A stretch of DNA of 64,000 bases from an uncultured Tenacibaculum sp. (GTDB lineage Bacteria; Bacteroidota; Bacteroidia; Flavobacteriales; Flavobacteriaceae). Position numbers and translations under genes: made by a program. Below the pieces are notes generated by a model that saw only the letters and a list, made by a program, of their open reading frames with translations, was not told where the DNA came from and ran no database searches. The stretch's first letter is position 1. The number at the start of each line of letters is the position of its first letter. Location of the stretch: assembly GCA_937922085.1 (NCBI GenBank), contig CAKZVD010000028.1, forward strand, positions 3,542-67,541, written 5' to 3'. Below, one piece after another: positions 30,303 to 41,295 of this stretch.

Positions 30303-31682
30303 ATGAATATACAACCCAAATTAACGGTAGTAGGTGCAGGACCTGGAGATGTAGAGTTAATTACGTTAAAAGCTATAAATACATTAAAAGCAGCAGATGT
30401 TGTTTTGTATGATGCTTTGGTAAATCCAGATTTATTAAAGTACGCAAAGCCTAATGCTGAACTTATTTTTGTAGGTAAACGTAGAGGTTGTTATCATTAT
30501 CAGCAAGAACAAATTAATGAATTAATTGTAGCTAGAGGAAAATCACATGGCCATGTAGTACGATTGAAAGGAGGAGATCCTTTTGTATTTGGAAGAGGAG
30601 CAGAAGAAATGGAGTATGCGGCAGAGAATGGATTGGAAGTAGCCATGGTTCCAGGGATATCGTCTTCACTTGCAGTTCCAGCATCTCAAAATGTTCCTTT
30701 AACAAAAAGAGGAAGTTCAGAGAGCTTTTGGGTAATAACCGGAACAACAAAACAGCACAAATTATCAGAAGACGTTGCATTAGCAGCAAAGTCTAGTGCT
30801 ACAGTTGTTATTTTAATGGGAATGGGTAAATTATCAGAAATAGTTTCTCTTTTTCAAAAAGAAGGTAAAAAAAAATTACCAGTAGCCATTATTCAAGACG
30901 GAACAACCAAAAGAGAAAAAATAGGTATTGGTACCGTAGATACCATTGAAAGTATTGTTGCAGAGAAACAACTTAGTAATCCTGCAATTATAGTTTTAGG
31001 AGAGGTTGTAAAACATAGAACAAAAATACAAGAGATACATGAAGAGGTATTGGCAAAATCAGTTAAACAAGTATCTGAAAAGGTTGTAAATAGAAGCAAT
31101 ATTGATGAAGGAAGAAATAATTTATACCCTGTTTTTTTAAAGGTAAAACAACTAGAAATTTTAATTATAGGAGGAGGTTTTGTTGCTGAAGAAAAGCTGA
31201 CTTTTTTATTAAAATCTAGTCCAGATGCAAAGGTGACCATGGTATCTCCTATGTTTAGAGAAGGTACTTCAATTATTGCAAATAGAGGAAATGTTACATT
31301 GATTGAGGATACTTATAATGCTTCATATTTAGAAGGTAAGCATATGGTAATTGCCACTACAGATAAACCAGAAATTAATATCGAAGTTTATAAAGATTGT
31401 AGAGCGCAAAATATTCTAGTAAACGTAGCAGATAATCCACCATACTGTGATTTTTATATGGGAGGTATTGTAACCAAAGGAAATGTAAAGATTGCAATTT
31501 CTACCAATGGAAAATCGCCAACAACAGCAAAAAGATTACGACAGTTTTTTGAGGAAGTAATTCCAGATAAAATTGACGATTTAGTTAAGAATTTAAATGA
31601 CTACAGAAAAACGATAAAAGGAAATTTCGAACAAAAAGTAGAACAACTAAATGAGTTCACTAAGAGTTTAGTAGAAAAGTAA
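30303..31682 (+). CDS. cobA: Uroporphyrinogen-III C-methyltransferase fused to precorrin-2 dehydrogenase/ferrochelatase
   Basis: VGAGPGD, RLKGGDP; then LYPVFL, IGGGFVAEEK, NVADNP, ISTNGKSP. Confidence 0.9.
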   Translation: MNIQPKLTVVGAGPGDVELITLKAINTLKAADVVLYDALVNPDLLKYAKPNAELIFVGKRRGCYHYQQEQINELIVARGKSHGHVVRLKGGDPFVFGRGAEEMEYAAENGLEVAMVPGISSSLAVPASQNVPLTKRGSSESFWVITGTTKQHKLSEDVALAAKSSATVVILMGMGKLSEIVSLFQKEGKKKLPVAIIQDGTTKREKIGIGTVDTIESIVAEKQLSNPAIIVLGEVVKHRTKIQEIHEEVLAKSVKQVSEKVVNRSNIDEGRNNLYPVFLKVKQLEILIIGGGFVAEEKLTFLLKSSPDAKVTMVSPMFREGTSIIANRGNVTLIEDTYNASYLEGKHMVIATTDKPEINIEVYKDCRAQNILVNVADNPPYCDFYMGGIVTKGNVKIAISTNGKSPTTAKRLRQFFEEVIPDKIDDLVKNLNDYRKTIKGNFEQKVEQLNEFTKSLVEK

Positions 31683-31687
31683 GAGTA

Positions 31688-32743
31688 ATGATAGAAACAG
31701 ATATATTAATTATAGGAGCAGGTCCCACAGGATTATTTACAGTTTTTGAAGCAGGATTATTAAAATTACGTTGTCATCTAATTGATGCATTGCCACAACC
31801 AGGAGGGCAATGTTCAGAGATTTATCCTAAAAAACCAATTTATGATATTCCTGCATATCCAGAGATTTTAGCAGGTGATTTAACAAAAAACCTGATGGAA
31901 CAAATTAAACAATTTGAGCCAGGGTTTACTTTAGGAGAAAGAGCAGATACTATAGAAAAACAAGATGACGGAACTTTTATAGTAACGACAAATAAAGGAA
32001 CTAAGCATCATGCGCCTATAGTAGCAATAGCAGGAGGATTAGGAAGTTTTGAACCTCGTAAACCACCTATTTCAAATATTAAAGATTTTGAAGATAAGGG
32101 AGTTGAATACATTATAAAAGAACCAGAATTATATCGAGATAAAGATGTGGTGATTGCAGGGGGTGGAGATTCTGCTTTAGATTGGTCTGTTTTTTTAACT
32201 GATGTTGCAAAATCGGTAACTTTAATTCATCGAAGAAATGAGTTTAGAGGAGCTTTAGACTCTGTAGAAAAAGTGCAGGAATTAAAGAATTTAGGGAAAA
32301 TAAATTTAATTACTCCAGCAGAAGTAAAAGGAATTTTAGGAGAAGAGCATGTAACAGGGGTAGCTGTAGAACAAAAAGGAAAAGAACCATTTATTATAGA
32401 TACAGATCATTTTATCCCTTTATTTGGTTTGGCTCCAAAATTAGGTCCTATAGCAAATTGGGGATTAGAAATAGAAAAAAACGCCATTAAAGTAAATAAT
32501 GCATTAGACTATCAAACAAATATTCCTGGAATTTATGCCATTGGAGATGTAAATACTTATCCCGGTAAATTAAAATTAATTTTATGTGGTTTTCATGAAG
32601 CAACATTAATGTGTCAAAGTGCTTATAAGAGAATTCATCCAGATAAAAAGTATGTAATGAAATATACTACAGTTGGTGGTGTAGAAGGTTTTGATGGAAC
32701 TAAAAAAGAGGCCCCAAAAGCAGTAGTAAAAGCCATAGAGTAA
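31688..32743 (+). CDS. Ferredoxin-NADP+ reductase (TrxB-like)
   Basis: IGAGPTG, IYPKKPIYDIP, GGGDSALDW, KLKLILCGF. Confidence 0.85.
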   Translation: MIETDILIIGAGPTGLFTVFEAGLLKLRCHLIDALPQPGGQCSEIYPKKPIYDIPAYPEILAGDLTKNLMEQIKQFEPGFTLGERADTIEKQDDGTFIVTTNKGTKHHAPIVAIAGGLGSFEPRKPPISNIKDFEDKGVEYIIKEPELYRDKDVVIAGGGDSALDWSVFLTDVAKSVTLIHRRNEFRGALDSVEKVQELKNLGKINLITPAEVKGILGEEHVTGVAVEQKGKEPFIIDTDHFIPLFGLAPKLGPIANWGLEIEKNAIKVNNALDYQTNIPGIYAIGDVNTYPGKLKLILCGFHEATLMCQSAYKRIHPDKKYVMKYTTVGGVEGFDGTKKEAPKAVVKAIE

Positions 32744-32798
32744 GTATAATAAAACAAGAGTTTAGACTCGTTGATAAATTGGTTAAAAAAAGAATAAA

Positions 32799-33134
32799 AT
32801 GAGTAATCAAGATGTAACGATAAAAATAACTGATAGAGAAGGTGTAATTCATGAGGTACTTGCACCGACAGATATGAATATGAATATGATGGAAGTAGTT
32901 CGATCATATGAATTAGCTCCTGAAGGAACTATTGGTATTTGTGGTGGAATGGCAATGTGTGCATCATGTCAATGCTATGTGAAATCAGAACATGAGTTAC
33001 CTGAAAAGTCAGATGATGAAGATGCAATGTTAGCAGAAGCTTTTTATGTAGAAGAAAATAGCCGTTTAGGATGTCAAATTCACATTACACCAAAATTAGA
33101 AGGTTTAGAAATAACGTTAGCACCAGAAAGTTAG
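32799..33134 (+). CDS. [2Fe-2S] ferredoxin
   Basis: CGGMAMCASC...SRLGCQ. Confidence 0.9.
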   Translation: MSNQDVTIKITDREGVIHEVLAPTDMNMNMMEVVRSYELAPEGTIGICGGMAMCASCQCYVKSEHELPEKSDDEDAMLAEAFYVEENSRLGCQIHITPKLEGLEITLAPES

Positions 33135-33157
33135 TTACATATTTATAAAAAGTAGAA

Positions 33158-33901
33158 ATGCAATTTAAAAATTACGATTTATCATTAAAAGATGATGTAG
33201 AAATATTTACAAAAGAACTTTTTTATGCACTGTTTAAAGATGTTTGCCAAGAAAGAGGAAATCATTTAAAAGAAAAATTTAGTAGAATTTTAAATGGTTT
33301 AGAAATTGATGGTGTTGATGAAGTTTGGAAAGAATATCAAGAATCTTTTTGTCGTATAAGAGAAATGTTAGATACAGATGCTAGGGCATTTGAATCTACA
33401 GATCCTGCATGTAAAAGTTTAGCTGAAGTTTATTTAGCATATCCAGGTTTTCATGCAATTGCAATTTATAGATTAAGTAACAAGTTATATAACTTAAATG
33501 TTCCAGTTTTACCTAGAATAATGAGTGAGTATGGGCATAGTATTACTGGGGTTGATATACATCCTGGTGCTACTATAGGGGAGTCCTTTTTTATAGATCA
33601 TGCAACTGGAGTTGTAATAGGAGAAACAACAGTTATTGAAAATAATGTTAAAATATATCAAGGAGTTACTTTAGGAGGAATTCAGGTTAAAAAAGAATTA
33701 GCTTCCATAAAACGACATCCAACCATAGGAAGTAATGTAACTATTTATGCAAATGCAACAATTTTAGGAGGAGATGTTTTTATAGGAAGTGATAGTATAA
33801 TTGGAGCGAATGTATGCGTAACCGAAAGTATTCCTGAAGGATCTATAGTAACATTCGAATCAGAAAATAAAATCATCACTAGAAAATCATATGTCAAATA
33901 A
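33158..33901 (+). CDS. cysE: Serine O-acetyltransferase
   Basis: DPAC, YPGF, DIHPGA, IYQGVTLG, KRHPT. Confidence 0.9.
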   Translation: MQFKNYDLSLKDDVEIFTKELFYALFKDVCQERGNHLKEKFSRILNGLEIDGVDEVWKEYQESFCRIREMLDTDARAFESTDPACKSLAEVYLAYPGFHAIAIYRLSNKLYNLNVPVLPRIMSEYGHSITGVDIHPGATIGESFFIDHATGVVIGETTVIENNVKIYQGVTLGGIQVKKELASIKRHPTIGSNVTIYANATILGGDVFIGSDSIIGANVCVTESIPEGSIVTFESENKIITRKSYVK

Positions 33902-33923
33902 TTTTCTATTAATAATATAACTA

Positions 33924-34811
33924 ATGAAAGCAAAAAATATAACAGATTTTGTAGGAAATACACCTTTAGTAGAAGCTACAAGTATCATAAATAAAGAAAA
34001 AGTACGCTTATTTTTAAAATTAGAAGGACATAACCCTGGAGGAAGTGTAAAAGATAGGGCAGCCTATTTTATGATTTCTGAAGCTTTAAAAAAGAATAAT
34101 ATAAAAAAGGGAGATACTTTAGTAGAAGCAACAAGCGGAAACACAGGTATTGCATTAGCGTTAATGGCTAAAGTATTAGGGTTGAATATGGTTTTGGTAA
34201 TGCCAGAACATGCTACTATAGAAAGAGTGAAAACAATGCGTGCTTATGGAGCTGAGGTTATTTTAACACCAACAGCTGATGGAATGGAAGGTGCGATAGA
34301 TCATGCATTAGAGTTAAAATATAAAAAAGGATATTTTAGATTAAATCAGTTTGATAATTTAGATAATCCTAAAGCACATTATAGTACTACTGGACCCGAA
34401 ATTTGGAGAGATACCGAAGGGCAAATAACACATTTTGTTTCAGCAATGGGTACTACAGGAACTATTACTGGGGTATCAGATTATTTAAAAGAACAGAATA
34501 AAGAGGTTACCATTGTTGGGGTTCAACCAAAAGAAGGTGCAAGAATACCTGGTATTAGAAAATGGCCAGAAGAATATTTACCAGCAATCTTTAAAAGAGA
34601 AAAAATAGATCAGGTTTTAGAAGTAAATCAAGAGGAAGCAAAAGCAATGACGATTCGGTTGGCAAGAGAAGAGGGGATTTTCTCTGGAATGAGTAGTGGA
34701 GGAGCTGTTGCTTCTGCATTAAAATTAGCAGAAACACTTGATGAAGGTATTATTGTAGCTATTATTTGCGATAGAGGAGATCGTTATTTGTCTTCGGATA
34801 TTTTTGTGTAA
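33924..34811 (+). CDS. cysM: Cysteine synthase B
   Basis: NPGGSVKDR, ATSGNTG, IPGIRKWP, CDRGDRYLS. Confidence 0.9.
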   Translation: MKAKNITDFVGNTPLVEATSIINKEKVRLFLKLEGHNPGGSVKDRAAYFMISEALKKNNIKKGDTLVEATSGNTGIALALMAKVLGLNMVLVMPEHATIERVKTMRAYGAEVILTPTADGMEGAIDHALELKYKKGYFRLNQFDNLDNPKAHYSTTGPEIWRDTEGQITHFVSAMGTTGTITGVSDYLKEQNKEVTIVGVQPKEGARIPGIRKWPEEYLPAIFKREKIDQVLEVNQEEAKAMTIRLAREEGIFSGMSSGGAVASALKLAETLDEGIIVAIICDRGDRYLSSDIFV

Positions 34812-34927
34812 ACAAGGCTTTTTATCTTAAAAAGAAACTCTTTTGAAACGGTTTTATTTATTTTTACTGTAAATATAATGGGATAAACGCAATTGTGTTT
34901 ATCCTTACGTTGTAAACAATTGAAATT

Positions 34928-35407
34928 ATGAAATTGAAATTATTCTTTTTATTATCATTAGTCTTTAGTTTAAATATGCATAGTCAAGTTATTGAAGAAA
35001 ATGATACAACTTTCATCAAAGACTATTCTCTATTGAAATCAATCAAGGGAAAATGGAAAAATGTGCACAGTTGCATTGATAATATTGAAGTAGATTGTGA
35101 AAATTTTGAAAAATCATTAAAAAAACAATTAGAGTTAAAAAAAAGTGACACTCTAGGATTAAGAACTCAATTTAATATAATATGCAATAACATGAAAAGG
35201 CATATTATTACAATTACTGATAGTCTTATGATTAGCAGAAATGACACCACTACTTTATATCTAGACAATCAATTAAAAAAAGATATTATTTACACAAAGG
35301 GTATTCAAAATGAATACAAAATAAAAGTTATTAAAATTGATAAGGATTATTTTAGATTACACTCAACTGATAACTTATGGTTAGAATTAAAAAAAATAGA
35401 AGATTAA
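34928..35407 (+). CDS. Cassette gene: hypothetical exported protein
   Basis: Signal peptide; flanked by GTTGTAAAC (34909) and GTTTACAAC (35410). Confidence 0.75.
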   Translation: MKLKLFFLLSLVFSLNMHSQVIEENDTTFIKDYSLLKSIKGKWKNVHSCIDNIEVDCENFEKSLKKQLELKKSDTLGLRTQFNIICNNMKRHIITITDSLMISRNDTTTLYLDNQLKKDIIYTKGIQNEYKIKVIKIDKDYFRLHSTDNLWLELKKIED

Positions 35408-35409
35408 CA

Positions 35410-35547
35410 GTTTACAACAAAGCCTAAAAAACATTGCTTACCGATTTTACCACTTTGAAAAATCAATCGCAAAACCAAAATTCAGGTATATTTATAAACT
35501 AAACGCTAAAATAAACGCAACGATTTCTTAGTTGGAACGTTAGAATT
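35410..35547 (+). repeat. attC-like site, family A
   Basis: AAC-aaagc-CTAAAAAACATTGC...GCAACGATTTCTTAG-ttggaac-GTT; similar to 46319 and 50481. Confidence 0.7.
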
Positions 35548-35659
35548 AATATGAAGTAAACACCAAAATTGAACGTTTTACTAAACAGCAAGTATACTTT
35601 ACTCAATTTGAGTTTTTAAAAGTCAAATCTATAGTTATTTTTGAACTCAAATAAACGAA

Positions 35660-36268
35660 ATGAAAAATCACCTATTATTAATCGGATTCTTAATGTTTAT
35701 TGGGAAATTACTCTCTCAAGAAGTTAAAATTCCAAAGATTGAGTTTAAAAATAAAACGGAGGATTTAAATACCTATATAAATCTACTAAAGATAAAAGAC
35801 GAACAAGCTTTGATAATCAAAATAGGAAGTTCTAGTTATTGGTCTAAAGGACTATATTCCGATTTTCTTGTTTTTGAAAATGATGGAAATGTTTCTTTTT
35901 ATAAATGTTTTTTCCCATTTGATACTAATAAAAAACAGAAAATAAAGAAAGAACGAATTAGAAAATCGAAACGAAAACTTTATTGGAATTTCTTATCCAA
36001 TGCTAATCAAAATAATAGGTTTTCAATAGTAAAAAGTATGCTGAATATAAGATCAAAATCTAATGTAGATGGAACAAGTTCTATGATTTCAGTTTCTGAT
36101 GGACTTAATTACTCACTAGAAATTACTCAAGGAAATAAATATTCTGCATTTTCTACTTATTCCCCACACACCTTTATAAAAGAAAAATTTCCAGATTGGA
36201 AAGAACGGAAAAAATTAGTTGAATTAACAAAAGATATTTACGGTTTAATAGAAAAATACTATTGCTAA
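35660..36268 (+). CDS. Cassette gene: hypothetical exported protein
   Basis: Signal peptide; stop codon lies within ATTGCTAAC. Confidence 0.75.
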   Translation: MKNHLLLIGFLMFIGKLLSQEVKIPKIEFKNKTEDLNTYINLLKIKDEQALIIKIGSSSYWSKGLYSDFLVFENDGNVSFYKCFFPFDTNKKQKIKKERIRKSKRKLYWNFLSNANQNNRFSIVKSMLNIRSKSNVDGTSSMISVSDGLNYSLEITQGNKYSAFSTYSPHTFIKEKFPDWKERKKLVELTKDIYGLIEKYYC

Positions 36269-36273
36269 CAAAG

Positions 36274-36655
36274 GTAACCGTTGCACAACCCTATAATTTA
36301 ACAAAAAACAACTTTAAATACCCCTTTTTAAGAGGCTTGTTTTTTTAGTAATTATAAACAGTTTTTAATTTCGAGAGGCTTAAAAAGTAATATATAAAGC
36401 CTATGAACATCGATTTTATTAAAAACAATGTTCATAGGCTTTAGCCTTACTTTTTATGGTCTTTTTTGTGAATTTTAAATACTTTTTCAAATTATAGGCC
36501 ATAGCAGATACATGTATTACTTTATTTGCCTGTTTAATTCCTAATGTATTTATTTTTCGAAGTCCCATAAACTGGGTTAATGTGCCAAAAACAGGTTCTA
36601 CTGTACTTTGCCGTTTCCCTTTCATATAACAACCTTGTTTACTATGTACTCATTT
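36274..36655 (-). mobile_element. IS1182-family remnant (3' end plus transposase C-terminus)
   Basis: KRQSTVEPVFG...AMAYNLKK; terminus gtaaccgttgcacaac. Confidence 0.8.
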
Positions 36656-36916
36656 ATTTTAACTAAAAAAGTGAGTTAATTTTGTACACTTCTATAAAAG
36701 TTTTATTTGAAAAGTGTACAAAAATTTTATATTGAAAACATTGTGCTACTATTATTATTATTATTTTATAAATTTAAGCTCGAAAAAAGATTAAGAAATA
36801 AGTGATTAAACCTCCTATTCCTTTTTATTTTTAAAAATAAAATATAAACAACATAATGGAGATAAACACAATTGTGTTTAGCCCTTCGTTAGCAAAAATT
36901 TCAAATCACAGCTCAA

Positions 36917-37813
36917 ATGTCAATTATAATTGCTAAGATCGAAGATGACTCTTGTGTATTTAGATCAGATACAAAAGTTTCTATTTTAAATGGAGACGAC
37001 TCAGTTACTGGTGATAACAAGCTACGCTTAAATCCGAATGAGGGCGTTTTAAAAGTTCACATCATTCATCCAGCTATTTGTTTGGCTTTTGCAGGAACAG
37101 TAAACGTTTGTGTAAATATTATTTACGATTTATGCCGCAAACTACCATTAGAACTTAATGAAATATTAACTTTTCTACAAGAGAGCTTAATAGGATATGA
37201 TGATGATTCAGAATTTATCTTAGGTTCTTATTACTTTGAAAAATTAGAATTATATAAAATTGGAAATCAAGGAATAGAAAAAGGAAATTCATTTTGGATT
37301 GGAAATCAAGATGCATTCTCAGAATTCCAGTCATATTACAATAGTGATAATAGAAAAAAATCTTCAAATGACAGATTTCGTGAATCCTTTTATGATTTAA
37401 TTAGATTTTCAAAAATACCCACGATAGGAGACTTTATCATAAGTAGTTATTTTAGGAATAGTCATAAATGCTTTGTTTACAAAGAAGCTTTGATTTCAAA
37501 TAGTGGATATGGGATAATTAAAGCAAAAGCGAATGTACCAACTACTTTATCTGAAGGAACTGTTTTTGAAGGAGCGTTTACTGTTACTAATTTGGTTTCA
37601 GATAGAATTCTGAGACCAGCAGTATGTTTATATTTTCAAAAAGGGCAAATAGCTTATTTATATTTTCCGATTTCAAATTTAGTAAAATCAGCTATTCCGA
37701 TTGTTATAAAAAATATTACCCTAGAAAATCTAAAAGTGGAAGTACATAAACAATATGGAATTAACTTGATTGGATGGTCTTTGAATTTGGGTCACATAAA
37801 AATAGTTAAGTAA
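36917..37813 (+). CDS. Cassette gene: hypothetical, Ntn-hydrolase/proteasome-beta-like N-terminus
   Basis: M-SIIIA...SDTK...K...LAFAG pattern; flanked by GTTAGCAAAA and TTTTACTAAC. Confidence 0.6.
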   Translation: MSIIIAKIEDDSCVFRSDTKVSILNGDDSVTGDNKLRLNPNEGVLKVHIIHPAICLAFAGTVNVCVNIIYDLCRKLPLELNEILTFLQESLIGYDDDSEFILGSYYFEKLELYKIGNQGIEKGNSFWIGNQDAFSEFQSYYNSDNRKKSSNDRFRESFYDLIRFSKIPTIGDFIISSYFRNSHKCFVYKEALISNSGYGIIKAKANVPTTLSEGTVFEGAFTVTNLVSDRILRPAVCLYFQKGQIAYLYFPISNLVKSAIPIVIKNITLENLKVEVHKQYGINLIGWSLNLGHIKIVK

Positions 37814-37854
37814 ATTAATAACTTTATGAATAAAAAAAACTTTTACTAACACCT

Positions 37855-38496
37855 GTAACCGTTGCACAACCCCATAATTTCACAAAAAACAACTTTAAAT
37901 AAGCCTTTTCAAGAGGCTTGTTTTTTTAATAATCGTAAACTGTTTTTAATTTAGAGAGGCTTAGAAAGTAATATATAAAGCCTATGAACATCGATTTTAT
38001 TAAAAATAATGTATTTATGGCTTTAGCCTTACTTTTTATAATCTTTTTTGTGAATTTTAAATATTTTTCAAATTATAGGTCATAGCAGATATATACATCA
38101 CTTTATTTGCCTGCTTAATTCCAATGTGTTTATTTTTCGAAACCTCATAAACTGGATTAATATACCAAAAACAGGTTCTACTGTACTTTGCCGTTAGCCT
38201 TTCATATAACGACCTTGTTTACTATTTATTCGTTTATTATTGCGTTCATATTCTTCTCAGTAATAGGTAACACTAAACTTTTTCTCTTTTGCTGTTTCTT
38301 TATATAAAAAATCTAATTGAAGTATGTCTTTTAATCGTCTGTAAAAATTAGTTACGGGTACATGATCGCTTAAGCGAAAACTATTAAATAACTTCTCTTG
38401 GTATATTTTAACGCCTTGCATAAATAAAAATAAGAAACCTATTAAATCTCAACTCTATTCTAATCTTATTTTTTTGTTAACTTGTGCAACAGTCAC
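37855..38496 (-). mobile_element. Internally deleted IS1182-family element retaining both ends
   Basis: Ends gtaaccgttgcacaa and ttgtgcaacagtcac; transposase N-terminus (MQGVKIYQEKLF from 38421) joined to a frameshifted C-terminus. Confidence 0.8.
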
Positions 38497-38539
38497 ACTG
38501 TATAAAAAACATAGGGAGGGTTATGAGTTCGCACAGGCA

Positions 38540-38926
38540 CTCCAAATAAACAAAAATAATATTACCCAAAACCCCGAAATATATGCACAAAGATAAGCTC
38601 TTATGGAACATCCTTTTGGAACTATGAAAAAATGGGGATTTGATCATATTATGACAAAGAAAACTATAAAAAGGGCTTCTGCTGATGTTGGATTTATCTT
38701 CATTGCCTACAACTTGAAAAGAATCATGAATATCATTGGAATAGAAAAAATTAATAAAAATAATAGTTAGTTTTTCTATTCTTTTTACCCTCAAAAAGGC
38801 TTCTTACAAACATTTAAAATTAAAAACATATTGGTTTACATATATTTTCAATCAACCCCTAAATATTGTTATTATTCTTTTAAATCTGAAATATAAAAAA
38901 GTAAACGTGGGTTTTTAGACAAACTG
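38540..38926 (+). mobile_element. Second, divergent IS1182-family fragment
   Basis: Frameshifted EHPFGT...ADVGFIFIAYNLKRIMNI; probable end gtttttagacaaactg. Confidence 0.7.
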
Positions 38927-39034
38927 ACGTTGTAGCACATTTTGACCCATCTTAGTAAAAACTATTAGATTATGTTTATTTGATAAAGTGTAACACTTTA
39001 TCAAAAGTATTGTCTTTAGTAAAAACTAAACCAA

Positions 39035-40795
39035 ATGAATAATAAATTAGTATATGTACTATTCACAATCAGTATAGTATTATTTTCATGTTCTAACAAT
39101 CCAAAAACTAATTCGGCAATTATAACTGGAAAGGTCAATATCAACTGGTCAAAAACTATTAAATTAAGTAACGGAGCAATTACTCTTACAGATTCCTGGA
39201 TTGATCGAATTAACATAGGAGATTCCATCATTGACCTAAATACTGATGGTACGTTTAAAATAAAATTACCTCTAGAAAAATCTAACTTTTACAGCCTTTC
39301 TCACGAATCAAATGAAATCCAATTATTCCTTTCACCAAATGATTCTCTTCATATCGACTTTAACTCAGAAATCGTGTTTTCTGGCAAGGGTGGAAAACAA
39401 AATAATCATTTAAAATCTTTGAGAGATCAAATTAATTTAAATAGAAAATATATTAATGGAATTGATTTTTATACACAGTCATCTGATGCTGTAAATTCTA
39501 TTTTAGATTCTTTGGAGTTAGTTTATATGAATACACATAAAAAATTTAAAAAAAGTACTCCAGTAAATGAGATTTTTGAACAAAAAATAGTAGCAGATAT
39601 GGCCTATAGAAATAAACTCTATAAAATAAGTCATCCTTCAATATTTAAGAAAAACACGAATAAAAAGCTTCCTATAAAAAAGACTTATTATGAAGATATT
39701 GCTAAAGGAAGTTTTGATAATCCAGAATTATTAAAATCACTCGATTATATATTGTTTTTAGATAGTTATTTAGCTGCACAATCGGCTGGAGAATATAAAT
39801 ATGATATTTATTTTGAAGCTCCAATAGAAAAAATACATCCAAAATATAAAGAGATCCAAAAATTAGAAGCAGATCAAGAAATTAAAAATTATTTATTTAG
39901 TCAGCACCTTCATAAAAGTATGGACGATTACGGTGTTTCATATCTTGAAGACTTAATACCAAAATTTAGAGAAGATTGCAAAAATCCTTTGTTGGTAAAA
40001 CAAATTGAAGATCGTTTTCAAAAAGGTGTTGAGAGAAGAAAAGAAGCAAGTACAATCAAAATCTATAAAAAAATAGGAAATATTGAACTTGAGGCTCATA
40101 TTTTTTATCCTGAAAATTTTAAAGAAAGTGATCAAAGACCCGCTTACTTATTTTTTCATGGTGGTGGTTGGGCAATAGGAATGCCAGAATGGGGATACAA
40201 GAATTGCAAAAAATATAGTTCCAAAGGAATGGTTGCTATTTCGTTTGAGTATCGATTAGTTGATATCCATAATTCCAACATTCAAGATTGCGTTAGAGAT
40301 GCCAAATCTGCGATCTTATGGGTACGAAAACAAGCCAAATCATTAGGTGTAGATCCAAATAAACTTGTCGCAGCAGGATTTTCCGCTGGAGGACATCTGG
40401 CTGCATCTACGGCTATTTTAAAAGGGTATGAAGAAACAAATGATTCTGGAATAAGTTCTATACCAGACGCCATTGTTGTACATTCTGCATCATACAACAC
40501 ACTGAAAAACGAATGGTTTTCAAGGCAATCAGAACAAAACCCTAAATCTATTTCTACATTTCATCAACTAGATAAAAATCTTGTTCCTTCTATCTTTTTC
40601 CATGGAACCAATGATCATTTAGCCCCTATAAATGAGTTTACAGAGTTTAGAGACAAAATGGATGCTCTTGGCAATGATTATGAATATAAAATCTTTAAGA
40701 ATGTTGGTCATTTTTTTAATAACTCTGCAGCACGAAAAACTGTGGATGAAATGACAGAAGCTTTTTTTGTGAAATTAGGATATTTAGAAAAGTAA
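39035..40795 (+). CDS. Cassette gene: lipoprotein with C-terminal alpha/beta-hydrolase (esterase)
   Basis: Lipobox LFSC; HGGGW, GFSAGG, HGTND, GH. Confidence 0.85.
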   Translation: MNNKLVYVLFTISIVLFSCSNNPKTNSAIITGKVNINWSKTIKLSNGAITLTDSWIDRINIGDSIIDLNTDGTFKIKLPLEKSNFYSLSHESNEIQLFLSPNDSLHIDFNSEIVFSGKGGKQNNHLKSLRDQINLNRKYINGIDFYTQSSDAVNSILDSLELVYMNTHKKFKKSTPVNEIFEQKIVADMAYRNKLYKISHPSIFKKNTNKKLPIKKTYYEDIAKGSFDNPELLKSLDYILFLDSYLAAQSAGEYKYDIYFEAPIEKIHPKYKEIQKLEADQEIKNYLFSQHLHKSMDDYGVSYLEDLIPKFREDCKNPLLVKQIEDRFQKGVERRKEASTIKIYKKIGNIELEAHIFYPENFKESDQRPAYLFFHGGGWAIGMPEWGYKNCKKYSSKGMVAISFEYRLVDIHNSNIQDCVRDAKSAILWVRKQAKSLGVDPNKLVAAGFSAGGHLAASTAILKGYEETNDSGISSIPDAIVVHSASYNTLKNEWFSRQSEQNPKSISTFHQLDKNLVPSIFFHGTNDHLAPINEFTEFRDKMDALGNDYEYKIFKNVGHFFNNSAARKTVDEMTEAFFVKLGYLEK

Positions 40796-40823
40796 TGAAT
40801 TTAACTAACGTGCTAGAACAACG

Positions 40824-41295
40824 GTAGCCGTTACACAACCTTATAATTTCACAAAAAATTACTAAAAAATAAGCCTTTTTAAGAGGCTTATTTTTTAGTA
40901 ATTATAAACTGTTTTTAATTTAGAATTCCTTAAAAAGTAATATATAAAGCCTATGAACATCTATTTTATTAAAAACAATGTATTTATAGTCTTAGCCTTA
41001 CTTTTTATGGTCTTTTTTGTGAATTTTAAATACTTTTTCAAATTATAGGCCATAGCAGATACATGCATCACCTTAATCCCTAATGTATTTATTTTTCGAA
41101 GTCCCATAAACTGGGTTAATTTGCCAAAAACAGGTTCTATAGTACTTTGGCGTTTGCCTTTCATATAACGCTCTTGTTTGCTATGTACTTTTTCAGTAAG
41201 CTCTAATTATAAACTGGGTTAATGTGTCAAAAACGGGGTCTACAGTACTTTGGCGTTTGCCTTTCATATAACGCCCTTGTTTACTATGTACTCAT
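40824..41295 (-). mobile_element. IS1182-family remnant with internal tandem duplication
   Basis: KRQSTIEPVFG...AYNLKK; ~41107-41190 repeated at ~41210-41290. Confidence 0.8.

Noticed and set aside
38477-38794. 105-aa minus-strand ORF
   Set aside because: Antisense shadow of the plus-strand IS1182 fragment.
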